64,000 nt of DNA from Candidatus Hadarchaeum sp. (GCF_038871235.1 NZ_JAVZIN010000009.1:1441-65440); one strand, 5' to 3'. Positions 9,618 to 19,310 are shown, counted from the first letter of the stretch. Made by a program: numbers and translations. Notes: generated by a model from the letters alone, not told the origin.

Positions 9618-10175
9618 TTATACTTTTTTCATATTTTTAGCCAATACCGCTAGTACATCGTCGGCGATTGTTTTGGGCAGCTTCTCCCTGTTCTTTGGAG
9701 ATATCTCGTAAATTTTGACATCGGCGCGCCCCTTGACTTCACCGATGAAGCCCGTTGTGGTTCTCTGGTGGATTACAGCTAGCAGAGGCTTCAGCGAGTC
9801 CAGCGCGCAGAGAACCGCCCGCTTAAAATCCACACTGTAGAGCTCCATCGGCGCGATCTCGTCGATCACAACGAAGTCGGCCTCCTTTAGGGCTCGCTCG
9901 ATTGCCGCCTGGCTCAGCGCATCCACGTTGTCCACGTTGACTCGGTATTTACTGACTTGTGGGCCGTGGGGCTGATTCACGTGCGCCAGGATGCGCTCCT
10001 CTCCCGTCATCAGGTCGATTATCTTGAAGCCGACCCTAGTGCCCCTTTCCCTAATTTCTGGGCAGTAGATACCACCTGCTTTGAAGCCGCGCTCGCGCAA
10101 GATCGACACGGTCCGCTCCAGAACGGTGGTCTTGCCGCTGCCGGGAGGCCCGGTGATGAGAAAGTTGTTAGGCAT
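9618..10175 (-). CDS. Nucleoside-triphosphatase THEP1 (MJ1559-family NTPase)
   Basis: 185 aa. The Walker A motif is ITGPPGSGKTT and Walker B is VVIDEIAPME. The size and layout fit the archaeal THEP1 family. Confidence 0.8.
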   Translation of the reverse strand: MPNNFLITGPPGSGKTTVLERTVSILRERGFKAGGIYCPEIRERGTRVGFKIIDLMTGEERILAHVNQPHGPQVSKYRVNVDNVDALSQAAIERALKEADFVVIDEIAPMELYSVDFKRAVLCALDSLKPLLAVIHQRTTTGFIGEVKGRADVKIYEISPKNREKLPKTIADDVLAVLAKNMKKV

Positions 10176-10341
10176 GGGTGTATCAATTCTAGTTGAGGTA
10201 GAACTTAGTTAACACGGTTGCGGTTTGTTTGTTGTGCCCGGCTGTGAATAGTGTCGTCATGTAATTAAAGTGATTATTTGCGCGTTGACCATCATCTTGC
10301 TTTTTCGTTTTTTATGCGGCCTCAGTCCCAACTCTCTTGGG

Positions 10342-10357
10342 TGACATAGGTATGTCA
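10342..10357. promoter_or_regulatory. 16-bp palindrome TGACATA-GG-TATGTCA, site 1 of 3
   Basis: A perfect inverted repeat with 7-bp arms, sitting in a 650-bp ORF-free region. Confidence 0.4.
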
Positions 10358-10554
10358 TACCTTATTGTTTACGACATAGTGGAGCTGGAAAACGCTATTA
10401 GGCTGAGGGTAAGCCGGCGACTGCGGAAGCTGCGGGCCTCGAGATTACAGCAGTCAGTATGGGAACTTGATGGATTAGCAGATCTCTAAGACCTCGCTAT
10501 CTTGATAAAGTCAGCGGGTAAGTCCTTGTTGTAGAAAAGAGAATCGCGTATGAA

Positions 10555-10570
10555 TGACACAGCTATGTCA
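10555..10570. promoter_or_regulatory. Palindrome TGACACAGCTATGTCA, site 2 of 3
   Basis: 14 of 16 positions are palindromic and the site is centred on AGCT. It is related to site 1. Confidence 0.35.
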
Positions 10571-10629
10571 AACTAATTAAAGCGACAGAATTCTGTCTGC
10601 GAGCGACCATGCCGCTCAATCTGTGCATG

Positions 10630-10645
10630 TGATATAGCTATGTCA
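10630..10645. promoter_or_regulatory. Palindrome TGATATAGCTATGTCA, site 3 of 3
   Basis: 14 of 16 positions are palindromic. Together the three sites give the consensus TGACATAG[C/G]TATGTCA. Confidence 0.35.
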
Positions 10646-10831
10646 TGCCAAAACTGAGTTCTATACAAAACAATTTTTCTTTTTCGGCAAGCGAGCGCTG
10701 ACAAACTCTAGCCACAGCAGATTAAGCCTTCCGTAGACAAATGACTTCCAGCGCAATTGTTTTTTGAATGCACGACCGTGAACTGTTTAGAGCAGTTGGT
10801 TTTGGGAACGGCACGAAAGAGTTCTGACCGA

Positions 10832-11947
10832 CTAAACTCTGGCCACCAGAATGACGTCCTTCACTGAACTCTCCTGGAACTCATACTGCGCAATCAGCCG
10901 CCCGATCTCGTCAGGGACTTCGATCACATAGATCACCTGAAGGGGGTAGTGGCCGAGGTTGGCTTCGAGGCCGCGCTGCACGACCTCAGCCCCGTAGTCC
11001 TCCAAGTCGATGTTTTCCACCCCCTCGCTACCTGCGGAGAGCGCCTTCAGCGCCTCCCACACGTCGGTCGAGTAGGACTCCATCGTCGCCCCCTCAGAAA
11101 GTACCCAGGCGATGCGGGCGATGTCGGTCTGCGAGTAAATCACGGCGCGAACCACCGCGTTGAACCAAAGGTTCTCCATGATCCCGGTGGCAACATCATA
11201 CACGTAGATGTTGACCTTCATCCCGGCTCTGAGCGTCGGCGTCCTCTGAAAGACATCCAGAACGGGTACCTCAACCGTGCCAAGCTCTTCAAACTTCAGC
11301 TCTCGCAGTCCCTCCCAGCCCAGCCCGGCGATATAGCTCCGCGCCTCCTCCTTGGTCAGGTAGCCGCCGGAGGTCGCCCCGCCGCTGAACATGGCTAAGT
11401 TGTCACCGAGTTGGCTCAGCTCCGCGCTGTGCAGGCTTCTCCAGACCACCGTTGCCTTTTCGTTGATCTCCGCTCGGCAGGCCTCAAGCTGGGTCAGGGT
11501 GGTCTTGGAGTTGACCTCAGCCACCATCGTTTGCCTGAACTCGGCCAGCTCCGCTGCGGCCATCTTCCCGGCACCCCCGTCCGCCGAGTAGTAGTTGCCC
11601 TCAGCGGCAGTGGCTACCAGATCCAAGAGCTCCCTCCTGAGCTGCTCCACCTGAATGGCCGCGTTCACCTCGACTAGGGTAGCCTGCACTTCCGCGACCG
11701 AGCCCGCCCTCTGAACCCGTGAGGAGCAGTCGAGGGCCTTGGTGGTTGCCGCCTCTGTCCCGATGGACATCAGCCCGTTGATTCGGTCGAAGGCTGCCAG
11801 CTTGACAGCGTTCAGCTCCTCGGCGGCGGGTTTGGCGATGAAAAAGTAGTAGATTCCGAGGGCTACCAGCCCTATTATCAGGAAGACCACCGCGGCCCCA
11901 ACGATGGGTCTGGCATCGATTTTTCTCACGATGGAACCACCAACCAA
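10832..11947 (-). CDS. Membrane-anchored hypothetical protein with an N-terminal TM helix and a large extracytoplasmic domain
   Basis: 371 aa. The TM helix is IVGAAVVFLIIGLVALGIYYFFI. No motif I recognise. Confidence 0.5.
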   Translation of the reverse strand: MVGGSIVRKIDARPIVGAAVVFLIIGLVALGIYYFFIAKPAAEELNAVKLAAFDRINGLMSIGTEAATTKALDCSSRVQRAGSVAEVQATLVEVNAAIQVEQLRRELLDLVATAAEGNYYSADGGAGKMAAAELAEFRQTMVAEVNSKTTLTQLEACRAEINEKATVVWRSLHSAELSQLGDNLAMFSGGATSGGYLTKEEARSYIAGLGWEGLRELKFEELGTVEVPVLDVFQRTPTLRAGMKVNIYVYDVATGIMENLWFNAVVRAVIYSQTDIARIAWVLSEGATMESYSTDVWEALKALSAGSEGVENIDLEDYGAEVVQRGLEANLGHYPLQVIYVIEVPDEIGRLIAQYEFQESSVKDVILVARV

Positions 11948-11953
11948 AGGTAG

Positions 11954-12703
11954 TTGAAGAGAGAGGGTTATTTAAAATCTGAGTTTCAGATGGACAAACA
12001 ATTCCTGCGCGAAAAGATCTGGCGGGAGCTGGAGGCCAGCGGGGCAGCGGCTTTTCCCAAGCCAATCAGGGGCCGAATTCCCAACTTCGTGGGCAGTTCG
12101 GAGGCAGCCCGCAGGCTGGGCTCGTTGCCGGCCTATCTCTCAGCCAAGTCCATTTTTGTGAACCCCGACGCCGCGCAGCTGGCCGTCAGGGAGATGGCAC
12201 TGCGCGGGGGAAAACAGCTGCTGATGGCAACACCGAGGTTGAGACATGGTTTCGTCCTGATCGACCCGGCCAAGGTCGTCGATTTCAGGCAGGCAGCCAG
12301 CATCGGCGGCGCCTTCAGACACGGCAGAAAGGTGAGCCCCCGCGGTCTTAAGGTGGATTTGGTCGTGGAAGGCTCGGTGGCGGTGGACAGGATGGGTGGC
12401 AGGGTGGGAAAGGGAGGAGGTTATGGTGATTTGGAGTTCGCCATTCTGTGTGAGCTGGGCACAGTCACTGAGGAAACACCGGTGGTGACCACGGTCCACC
12501 CGCTGCAGATAGTTGCTCGGGTGCCGATGGAGGAGCATGATGTCCCCGTCGACTACATCGTGACCCCAGATCAGATCATCAAAACATCGCGCCATTATCC
12601 CAGGCCTTCTGGAATCGATTGGGATCTCCTCCCCGCCGATGCCCTTAAGCAGATACCGCTCCTTGCTGAATTGAGGAAAGAACATGATCATGGGTGCCGA
12701 TGA
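11954..12703 (+). CDS. 5-formyltetrahydrofolate cyclo-ligase family protein. The true start is probably the Met at 11990
   Basis: The GKGGGYGDLEF motif matches the family GGGYYDR motif, and the size is about 235 aa. The 3' end overlaps the rnhB start. Confidence 0.65.
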   Translation: MKREGYLKSEFQMDKQFLREKIWRELEASGAAAFPKPIRGRIPNFVGSSEAARRLGSLPAYLSAKSIFVNPDAAQLAVREMALRGGKQLLMATPRLRHGFVLIDPAKVVDFRQAASIGGAFRHGRKVSPRGLKVDLVVEGSVAVDRMGGRVGKGGGYGDLEFAILCELGTVTEETPVVTTVHPLQIVARVPMEEHDVPVDYIVTPDQIIKTSRHYPRPSGIDWDLLPADALKQIPLLAELRKEHDHGCR

Positions 12704-13328
12704 GTCGGGCCGAGGTCCGGTGCTCGGCAACATGGTGCTCTGCGGGGCACTCTTTGACCAGAGGACTTTGGAGGAGCTCAAGGCCATCGGGGTCAGGGAT
12801 TCAAAGCAGCTCAGCCCCGGCAGACGGGAAATTCTCGCCAAGGTCATCGTTGAGAAAGCTGGAGGGCTGGAAGTAGTCGAATTTACACCTGGCGAGATAG
12901 ATGATTATCGCCTGGTGAAAAAGGTCAACCTTAATGAACTTGAGGCGAGGACATTTGCCGGGATGATCAACCGCCTCAAGCCAGAGCTCGTTTACTTAGA
13001 CTCACCCGACCCCAACCCAAAGCTGTTCGAGCGAAGGGTCAGAAAATACCTCAATTATACTCCGAGGATAGTGGCCGAGAACTTCGCCGACCGCAAGTAC
13101 ACCGCCGTGGCCGCCGCCTCGATCGTCGCCAAGGTGAGACGGGACCAGCGCCTCGCCGAGCTGCGCCAGCGCTACGGGGATCTAGGTTCAGGATACCCCG
13201 CCGACCCTGTCACCATCTCCTTCCTGAAGAGGTGGGTCCAAGAGCACGGTAGCCTTCCTGATTTTGCCCGAAGATCTTGGGAAACCGCGAGGAGAATCGA
13301 GGAAGAGGTAAAGCGGGGAAAGAGCTAA
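12684..13328 (+). CDS. rnhB: Ribonuclease HII
   Basis: 214 aa. It has the N-terminal GADESGRGPVLG motif, the DSK motif, and the archaeal RNase HII layout. Confidence 0.9.
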   Translation: MIMGADESGRGPVLGNMVLCGALFDQRTLEELKAIGVRDSKQLSPGRREILAKVIVEKAGGLEVVEFTPGEIDDYRLVKKVNLNELEARTFAGMINRLKPELVYLDSPDPNPKLFERRVRKYLNYTPRIVAENFADRKYTAVAAASIVAKVRRDQRLAELRQRYGDLGSGYPADPVTISFLKRWVQEHGSLPDFARRSWETARRIEEEVKRGKS

Positions 13329-13867
13329 TATTCAATGCCCTTTCTGGCGGGTATTCCCTCTCTGGCCGGATGTTTGACGTCCTCAATCACCGAGACAAAG
13401 TCGGCCCGGTCGATCAGCGCTCTTGGTGCCCTCCTCCCGGTCAACATGACGACGGTGGACGGCGGCACTTTATCCAGCAGCTTGAGCACATCCTTGACCT
13501 TGATCAGCCCGAAGGCGGCGGCTAGGTTTATCTCATCCAGCACCAGCAGCCTTGGCTTTTTCTTCAGGGCCTTTCTCGCAAATGCCAGCCCCTTTTCCGC
13601 CAGCCGGTAATCCTCAGGGGATGGGTTCTTTGGGTCAACAAATTCCTTGCGCCCGAACTGGTAGATCTCACATTCTGGAGCCAGTCTCCGGCAGGCCTTC
13701 ACCTCCCCGATATCATCCCAGCCCTTCATGAACTGAATGATGATGACCTTGTAGCCATGCCCGATGGCCCTGAGGGCAAACCCGAAGGCGTTGGTGGTCT
13801 TGCCACCGCCTTCACCCGTGTAGAGGTAGATCAAACCCCGCTTCTTTTTAGTAGCTTTCCTCGCCAC
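13325..13867 (-). CDS. cobO: Cob(I)alamin/cob(I)yrinic acid a,c-diamide adenosyltransferase (CobO/BtuR family)
   Basis: 180 aa. It has the P-loop YTGEGGGKTT followed by KVIIIQFMKG, a family hallmark. The gene overlaps the 3' end of the class II RNR gene. Confidence 0.8.
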   Translation of the reverse strand: MARKATKKKRGLIYLYTGEGGGKTTNAFGFALRAIGHGYKVIIIQFMKGWDDIGEVKACRRLAPECEIYQFGRKEFVDPKNPSPEDYRLAEKGLAFARKALKKKPRLLVLDEINLAAAFGLIKVKDVLKLLDKVPPSTVVMLTGRRAPRALIDRADFVSVIEDVKHPAREGIPARKGIEY

Positions 13868-15959
13868 CGGGATGTCCCCCTGAATAATTCAGCTCAGCTT
13901 TAACGAACTTCTCCTCAGGTGGAATCAGCGCCGATTGTGGAGAGATCGAGAGCACCTGCCTCGCCTTGCTCCCGTACCTGTAGACGGTAATTCCCTTGCA
14001 CCTCAACTCGTGGGCTAGGAGGAAGGCCCGCCTCACCTCCTCAGGCGTGGCCTCAGGGGGCAGGTTTATCGTCTTTGAGACTGCGTTGTCCGTGTACTTT
14101 TGAAACACCGCCTGCATCCTCACGTGCCACTCGGGTGAAACATCGAAGGCGGTGACGAAGACCTTTCTGACATCTTCCGGGATCTCCTCAACTCCCTTTA
14201 TCGAGGCCACCCGGGACAGCTTCACCATGAGCTCTCGGCTGTAGAATCCCCTCCTCGTGGCAATCCTCTGGAAGGTCTGGTTGACTTCGATCAGCTGAAT
14301 GCCACTCATGACGTTCCTGATGTAGGCGACGGCGAAGAGGGGCTCGATGCCGCTGGTGGTGCCGGCGATGATGCTGATGGTTCCTGTGGGAGCGATCGTC
14401 GTCACGGTGGCGTTTCTCAGGCATTTGTAGCCGCGCTTCTCCCAGATGCTGCCGGGGAAGGCAGGGAATGAGCCCCTCTGTTCAGCCAGCTCGACGGACA
14501 TCCGGCGCCCCTCCTCAGAGATGAACTTCATCACCTCGTCGGCCTTCTGCAGCGCCTCCTCAGAATTGTAGGGGATGCCCAGCTCGAGTAACATCTCGGC
14601 AAAGCCCATCACCCCTAGGCCGATCTTTCTGGTCAGCTTGGTCGCCCTTTCAATCTCCAGGATGGGATACCTGTTGACGTCAATGACATTGTCCAGAAAA
14701 TGCACGGCGTTTCGAACAGTGCTTCTCAGCTTTTCCCAGTCTATTTTCCCATCCTTTATCATCTTGGAGAGGTTGATTGACCCTAGGACGCAAGACTCGT
14801 AGGGCAAGAGGGGCTGCTCCCCGCAAGGATTGGTGGCTTCGATCTGCCCTAAGTGCGGCGTCGGGTTGTGCCGGTTAATTTCATCCAGAAAGATCAGCCC
14901 CGGGTCTCCAGTTTTCCAAGCCATGTTGACGATCAGGTCAAAGACTTCTCTTGCCCTCAGCCGCCTCTCCGCAATTCCCGTTCTTGGATTGATCAGATCG
15001 TATTCCTCGTCTTTCTTGACAGCATCCATAAAGGCATCTGTTACCCCGACTGAGATGTTGAAGTTGACCAAGGCATTCTCCTTGACCTTCGCCGTGATGA
15101 ACTCGAGGATGTCCGGATGGTCGACCCGCAGTATTCCCATGTTGGCACCCCGGCGTTTTCCACCCTGCTTGATCACATCGGTGGCCACGTCGAAGACCCT
15201 CATGAAGGAAACCGGACCGCTGGCTACCCCCTTGGTCGACCTGACGATGTCGCCAGCGGGCCTCAGCCTAGAGAAGGAGAAGCCGGTGCCGCCGCCCGAT
15301 TGATGGATGAGCGCCATTGTTTTCAGGGAATCAAAAATTCCAGCCATAGAATCCTCAACCGGGATGACAAAGCAGGCAGCCAGTTGCCCCAGTGGCGTTC
15401 CAGCGTTCATTAGGGTTGGGCTGTTGGGGAGAAACTCCAAGTTGACCATCATACGGTAAAACTTCTCCTCGGTTTCAGCCAGAGTGGTTGAACCATAGAG
15501 TCCATCGGCCGAGGCCACTGCCTTCGCCACCCTGCGGAAGAGCTGCGAAGGAGTTTCGGTGATGTTGCCCTGCTCGTCGCGCAACAGATAGCGGCGCTGA
15601 AGGACCCGGATGGCGTTGAGGTTCAGCTTCAGGTCGTCACTCACGCCCAGCAGCGCCTTGGCGGCCCTCAGCTCCGCCCTCTGCTGCCGGTAGAGGATGT
15701 AGGCCCTGGCGACCTCAGCGTAACCGTTCTTGATCAGGACCTCCTCAACGATGTCTTGTATATCCTCAACACCCGGTATCCTGCCGGCGAACTTTCTCTC
15801 CAGGATCTGCGTTACCTGCCCAGTAAGCTGTTTGGCGATTTCTCCATCTCCGGTGCCGGTAGCGTTGAAAGCCTTGAATATGGCGTTGGCAATCTTCTCA
15901 CCCTCAAAGGGAACCACCCGACCGTCCCTCTTCCTGATTTTCTCAATTCCCGCCATCAA
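13848..15959 (-). CDS. nrdJ: Adenosylcobalamin-dependent (class II) ribonucleotide reductase with an N-terminal ATP-cone
   Basis: 703 aa. The ATP-cone is at the N-terminus, KIRKRDGRVVPFEGEKI. The active-site region is NPCGEQPLLPYESCVLGSINL. At this length there is no intein. Confidence 0.9.
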   Translation of the reverse strand: MMAGIEKIRKRDGRVVPFEGEKIANAIFKAFNATGTGDGEIAKQLTGQVTQILERKFAGRIPGVEDIQDIVEEVLIKNGYAEVARAYILYRQQRAELRAAKALLGVSDDLKLNLNAIRVLQRRYLLRDEQGNITETPSQLFRRVAKAVASADGLYGSTTLAETEEKFYRMMVNLEFLPNSPTLMNAGTPLGQLAACFVIPVEDSMAGIFDSLKTMALIHQSGGGTGFSFSRLRPAGDIVRSTKGVASGPVSFMRVFDVATDVIKQGGKRRGANMGILRVDHPDILEFITAKVKENALVNFNISVGVTDAFMDAVKKDEEYDLINPRTGIAERRLRAREVFDLIVNMAWKTGDPGLIFLDEINRHNPTPHLGQIEATNPCGEQPLLPYESCVLGSINLSKMIKDGKIDWEKLRSTVRNAVHFLDNVIDVNRYPILEIERATKLTRKIGLGVMGFAEMLLELGIPYNSEEALQKADEVMKFISEEGRRMSVELAEQRGSFPAFPGSIWEKRGYKCLRNATVTTIAPTGTISIIAGTTSGIEPLFAVAYIRNVMSGIQLIEVNQTFQRIATRRGFYSRELMVKLSRVASIKGVEEIPEDVRKVFVTAFDVSPEWHVRMQAVFQKYTDNAVSKTINLPPEATPEEVRRAFLLAHELRCKGITVYRYGSKARQVLSISPQSALIPPEEKFVKAELNYSGGHPGGEESY

Positions 15960-16444
15960 AACAGCCTCGGAAGCCCCACACCAGATTTATCATTACTTAG
16001 CTATTAAATCCAACACCGATTGGCCCGAGAAGTTGGCCCCCGATGTCCCTGGCACAACTAACCAGCGAGCTTCATCAACTGTCGTCCCGACGCGCTTCGC
16101 TCGCCAACCCTCGATGGCAGGTTTTTCTCGGGGGCCGTGTCCACCTGTTCCGCACCAGGGTTGGCTTCAAGATCATCGCGTTAGACGATCCCGCCAATAG
16201 CTCTCTTAAGGACCCAATTTGGCGCGTCTGTCGGTGGACCCGCTCGAGTGTTGCCGCGATGATGCACCGGCGATCACGGTCTCACGCCAGCTCTCGATTC
16301 CCGCGGTCTATCCCTTCATTGCAGTTAAATATCGTCTCTCGAGGTTAAAAATTTACGTGGCGCAGAAAAGCCCATTTTTTTCGACGGGAGTTTAAAAAGA
16401 TGGGTTTTTATTCGGGCTGAAGTAGAGTTAAGGGATGATAAAAT

Positions 16445-17113
16445 ATGGCGAAGAAGGCTCAGTATGTGATCATCGCCGGTGGAGGCAGGGTGGGTTCACA
16501 TCTAGCCAAAATACTCGAGCCCAGCGGCAGGGACATCGTGATCATTGAAAAGAACCCTGAGATCTGCGAGAAGCTGTCCTCCGAGCTCAACGCCCTAGTC
16601 ATTTGCGGTGACGCCACCGACAAGAAGACTCTGGAGGACGCCAAGATCCAGATGGCAGACGTCTTCGTTGCCACCACGGGAAGCGATAACGAGAACATAG
16701 TCGCCAGCCAGCTCGCCAAGTACACCTACAAGGTCCCTCTGGTCATGGCACGCGTGGAGGACATGGATCGGGCGAAGATGTTGCGTGGCATGGGGATAGA
16801 TCTTATCGTGAGCCCCTCCCACGTTGCTTCACTTGTCTTTGAAAACGCGATAGCTCTGCCCAACACAACTTCGATACTGGTCTCGGAGACCATCACCAGA
16901 GCGGTTGAGGTCACCATTCCCGGCGACTCAAAAATTCTGGGTAAGAGGATCAGGGACCTCAATCTGCCGCTGGAATGTGTCATTGCTGTCATCTACCGGG
17001 CGGGCAAGCTGATACTGCCACATGGGGACACGGTGATGAAACCCGGTGACATCGTCGCGCTAATAGGTAAGGAGGACGCCATCAGGAAGACAGTAGAGAT
17101 TTTGAAGGGATGA
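16445..17113 (+). CDS. trkA: K+ transport NAD-binding regulatory subunit TrkA (RCK N and C domains)
   Basis: 222 aa. It has the GGGRVGSHLAKIL Rossmann motif and a C-terminal TrkA-C domain. Confidence 0.85.
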   Translation: MAKKAQYVIIAGGGRVGSHLAKILEPSGRDIVIIEKNPEICEKLSSELNALVICGDATDKKTLEDAKIQMADVFVATTGSDNENIVASQLAKYTYKVPLVMARVEDMDRAKMLRGMGIDLIVSPSHVASLVFENAIALPNTTSILVSETITRAVEVTIPGDSKILGKRIRDLNLPLECVIAVIYRAGKLILPHGDTVMKPGDIVALIGKEDAIRKTVEILKG

Positions 17114-17269
17114 TCGTGGGGCTGAGGGAAGTTAGCCTTCGAGAATTCTTGAAGAAGAACTTTGATTTTATCACAGGTCTGCTCAGTGAAATCGGTTTAA
17201 TCGTTCTGGTTCTGCTGCTGTCCTTCGCCTTGTGCCTGCTCGCCTTCACCCTTTGGCCTTGAGGGGTGT

Positions 17270-18787
17270 GTGATGGTGCTAACCCCGCTGACGAAGCAGG
17301 ACCTGAGGATAATCGGCTTCAACTTGAGTAAGATAAGTTATGTCACCGGCTTTGTCCTCTTCTTACCCATAATCGTGGCGGTTTCTTACAATGAGTTCGA
17401 TACTATTCCTTACTTCCTCATCGGCTCCGCGGTCTCCTTCATCTTAGGCAGCGTTTTGTATCATTTTCTCTATACCCGGGAGGAAATGGAGCTTAAGCAC
17501 GCCTTGGTCATGGCCGCCCTCGCTTGGCTTTTTGCACCACTTCTGGCCAGCATTTCCATCTGGCTTTCCGGCAGCATGATTTCAATACTGGACGCCTGCT
17601 TTGAGGGCATCAGCGGCTTCACCGGAACTGGCCTCACCTTGGTGCCGGACGTCGATCACATGTCCCGCAGCATCAACTTCCTTAGGCATTTCCTTCAGTT
17701 CATGGGTGATGGCATCGGAATCATCGTCATTTCGCTTTCGATCTTGGGTCGAACGGAGATGAGTTCGGTACTCGCCTTCAGGGGAGAGGCCAAGGAGGTC
17801 GGGATTAGGCCCAGCATCGTTCGCACCTCAAGAATAATCATCGGTATCGGTGTGATGTTTCTGGCGTTTGGCACGGCTTTGTTCACCATCGCCGGCATTC
17901 AAGAGGGTCTGGATCCCGGCCAAGCCTTCTTCGACGGCCTCAACCATGCCATGACAGGTTATGCCACCGGCGGCTTTACCGTTCATTCCCAGAGCCTGCT
18001 TTTTTATCACAGCCTTTGGATCGAGGTGGCCGCCATTGTGATCATGATTATCGGGGCGCTCAACTTCAACCTGCACTATGCCGTTTTGGGTGGTAAGAGA
18101 AGCGAGATTCTGAGGAATATGGAGGTTCGCATCCTCATGTTTGTGATGCTAACCTTTGGTTTCCTTGTTTCGGCGAATCTGATGACAGTTAAATTGTACC
18201 CCACAGTTGAGGCTCTGTTTAGGAAGGGATTCTTTCAGGTAATCTCCGCTCAGACCACCACTGGTTTTCAGACGGTTTCTCCCGTGCACCTGATGTTGGT
18301 TTGGCCCGTTTTTTCAATAGTGGTTCTGTCGATGGCGATGTTGCTTGGAGGTTCAGCCAACTCCACCTCAGGGGGCATTAAGATGCTCCGGCTGGGCGTG
18401 CTGTTGAAATCGTTAGTAAATGAGATCAAGCGCTCGCTGCTCCCGCGCACCGCGGTTGTGGGTGGTTCATTTCACCATGTGGAGGAAACGCCGCTCACAG
18501 ACAAGATCATCCGTGGTGCAGCGGTTATCTCAATGGGCTACCTAATCCTCTTCTCTTTCGGCACGATGATCACGGTCCTTCATGGGTATAGCCTAGAGGA
18601 CTCAATGTTTGAAACCGCCTCGGCGCTGGGGAATGTTGGGCTGAGTTCTGGAATAACCTCACCATCCATGCCCGCGCTGCTCAAGGTGACCTACATGTTC
18701 CTGATGTGGGCGGGTAAGCTCGAGGTGATCGCGGTGTTCGTCCTCATTGGTTTTATCCTGTTGGGGCTCAGGAGAGGCATTAAATGA
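17270..18787 (+). CDS. trkH: K+ transporter membrane subunit TrkH/KtrB
   Basis: 505 aa, polytopic. It shows the repeated M-P-M pore-loop architecture with GTGL and GGF-like selectivity motifs. Confidence 0.85.
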   Translation: MMVLTPLTKQDLRIIGFNLSKISYVTGFVLFLPIIVAVSYNEFDTIPYFLIGSAVSFILGSVLYHFLYTREEMELKHALVMAALAWLFAPLLASISIWLSGSMISILDACFEGISGFTGTGLTLVPDVDHMSRSINFLRHFLQFMGDGIGIIVISLSILGRTEMSSVLAFRGEAKEVGIRPSIVRTSRIIIGIGVMFLAFGTALFTIAGIQEGLDPGQAFFDGLNHAMTGYATGGFTVHSQSLLFYHSLWIEVAAIVIMIIGALNFNLHYAVLGGKRSEILRNMEVRILMFVMLTFGFLVSANLMTVKLYPTVEALFRKGFFQVISAQTTTGFQTVSPVHLMLVWPVFSIVVLSMAMLLGGSANSTSGGIKMLRLGVLLKSLVNEIKRSLLPRTAVVGGSFHHVEETPLTDKIIRGAAVISMGYLILFSFGTMITVLHGYSLEDSMFETASALGNVGLSSGITSPSMPALLKVTYMFLMWAGKLEVIAVFVLIGFILLGLRRGIK

Positions 18788-19281
18788 AAAGGATTGTTCT
18801 TCTCATCCTCCTGCTGTTTCTGCTGGCGCCAACAGCCAGAGCGGAGACGCTGATGGAGCTCACCAATGAACCGGTTAAATTTGATGGTAGACAGGTCTCG
18901 TTCAGGGGTGAGGTCATCGGTGTGTTGATCAAGGGAGAACAAGCTTGGGTGAATGTGTACGACAACGGTTTCGCCATCGGAGTCTGGTGTAAAGCGGATG
19001 AGGCAAGGAACATTTTCTTCGTTGGCGATTACACACACCGAGGAGACACAGTCGAGGGGGTTGGGATTTATCATATGGCATGCCCAGAACATGGAGGTGA
19101 CATGGATATTCACGCCATTTCTTTTCAGATAGTAGAAAAAGGTTACACGATAGAAAGACCGTTGAACATGTTGCTGGTTTTCCTCAGCGTCGTAATCACC
19201 TTGGCGGCCGTGATATTGTCTTATTATCTTTGGCACATCCGGAAAGAATTGGGGAAAAGGACGCCTTGGCCCTTTTATTAA
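18784..19281 (+). CDS. Secreted hypothetical protein with a C-terminal TM anchor, translationally coupled to trkH
   Basis: 165 aa. The signal peptide is MKRIVLLILLLFLLAPTARA. A His/Cys-containing stretch, YTHRGD...HMACPEHGGDMDIHA, follows, then a C-terminal TM helix. There is a 4-nt overlap with trkH. Confidence 0.5.
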   Translation: MKRIVLLILLLFLLAPTARAETLMELTNEPVKFDGRQVSFRGEVIGVLIKGEQAWVNVYDNGFAIGVWCKADEARNIFFVGDYTHRGDTVEGVGIYHMACPEHGGDMDIHAISFQIVEKGYTIERPLNMLLVFLSVVITLAAVILSYYLWHIRKELGKRTPWPFY

Positions 19282-19310
19282 ATTTCAAAATCTTGGTTTG
19301 GTGAGCTGGG

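Noticed and set aside
10176-10831. Replication origin (ORB/mini-ORB cluster) interpretation of the palindrome-rich gap
   Set aside because: The palindromes do not match the archaeal ORB consensus. No orc1/cdc6 gene is adjacent and I found no obvious AT-rich unwinding element flanked by inverted ORBs. It is kept only as a generic regulatory or ncRNA candidate.
14188-14424. His/Arg-rich 78-aa ORF (MPEKRHRDDDRSHRNHQHH...)
   Set aside because: It lies entirely inside nrdJ in another frame. The composition is a typical wrong-frame artefact of GC-rich coding sequence.
15960-16444. Cobalamin riboswitch upstream of nrdJ/cobO
   Set aside because: The 485-bp divergent spacer shows no B12-box-like sequence that I could recognise, and cobalamin riboswitches are not established in archaea. 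Ordinary divergent promoters are more likely.
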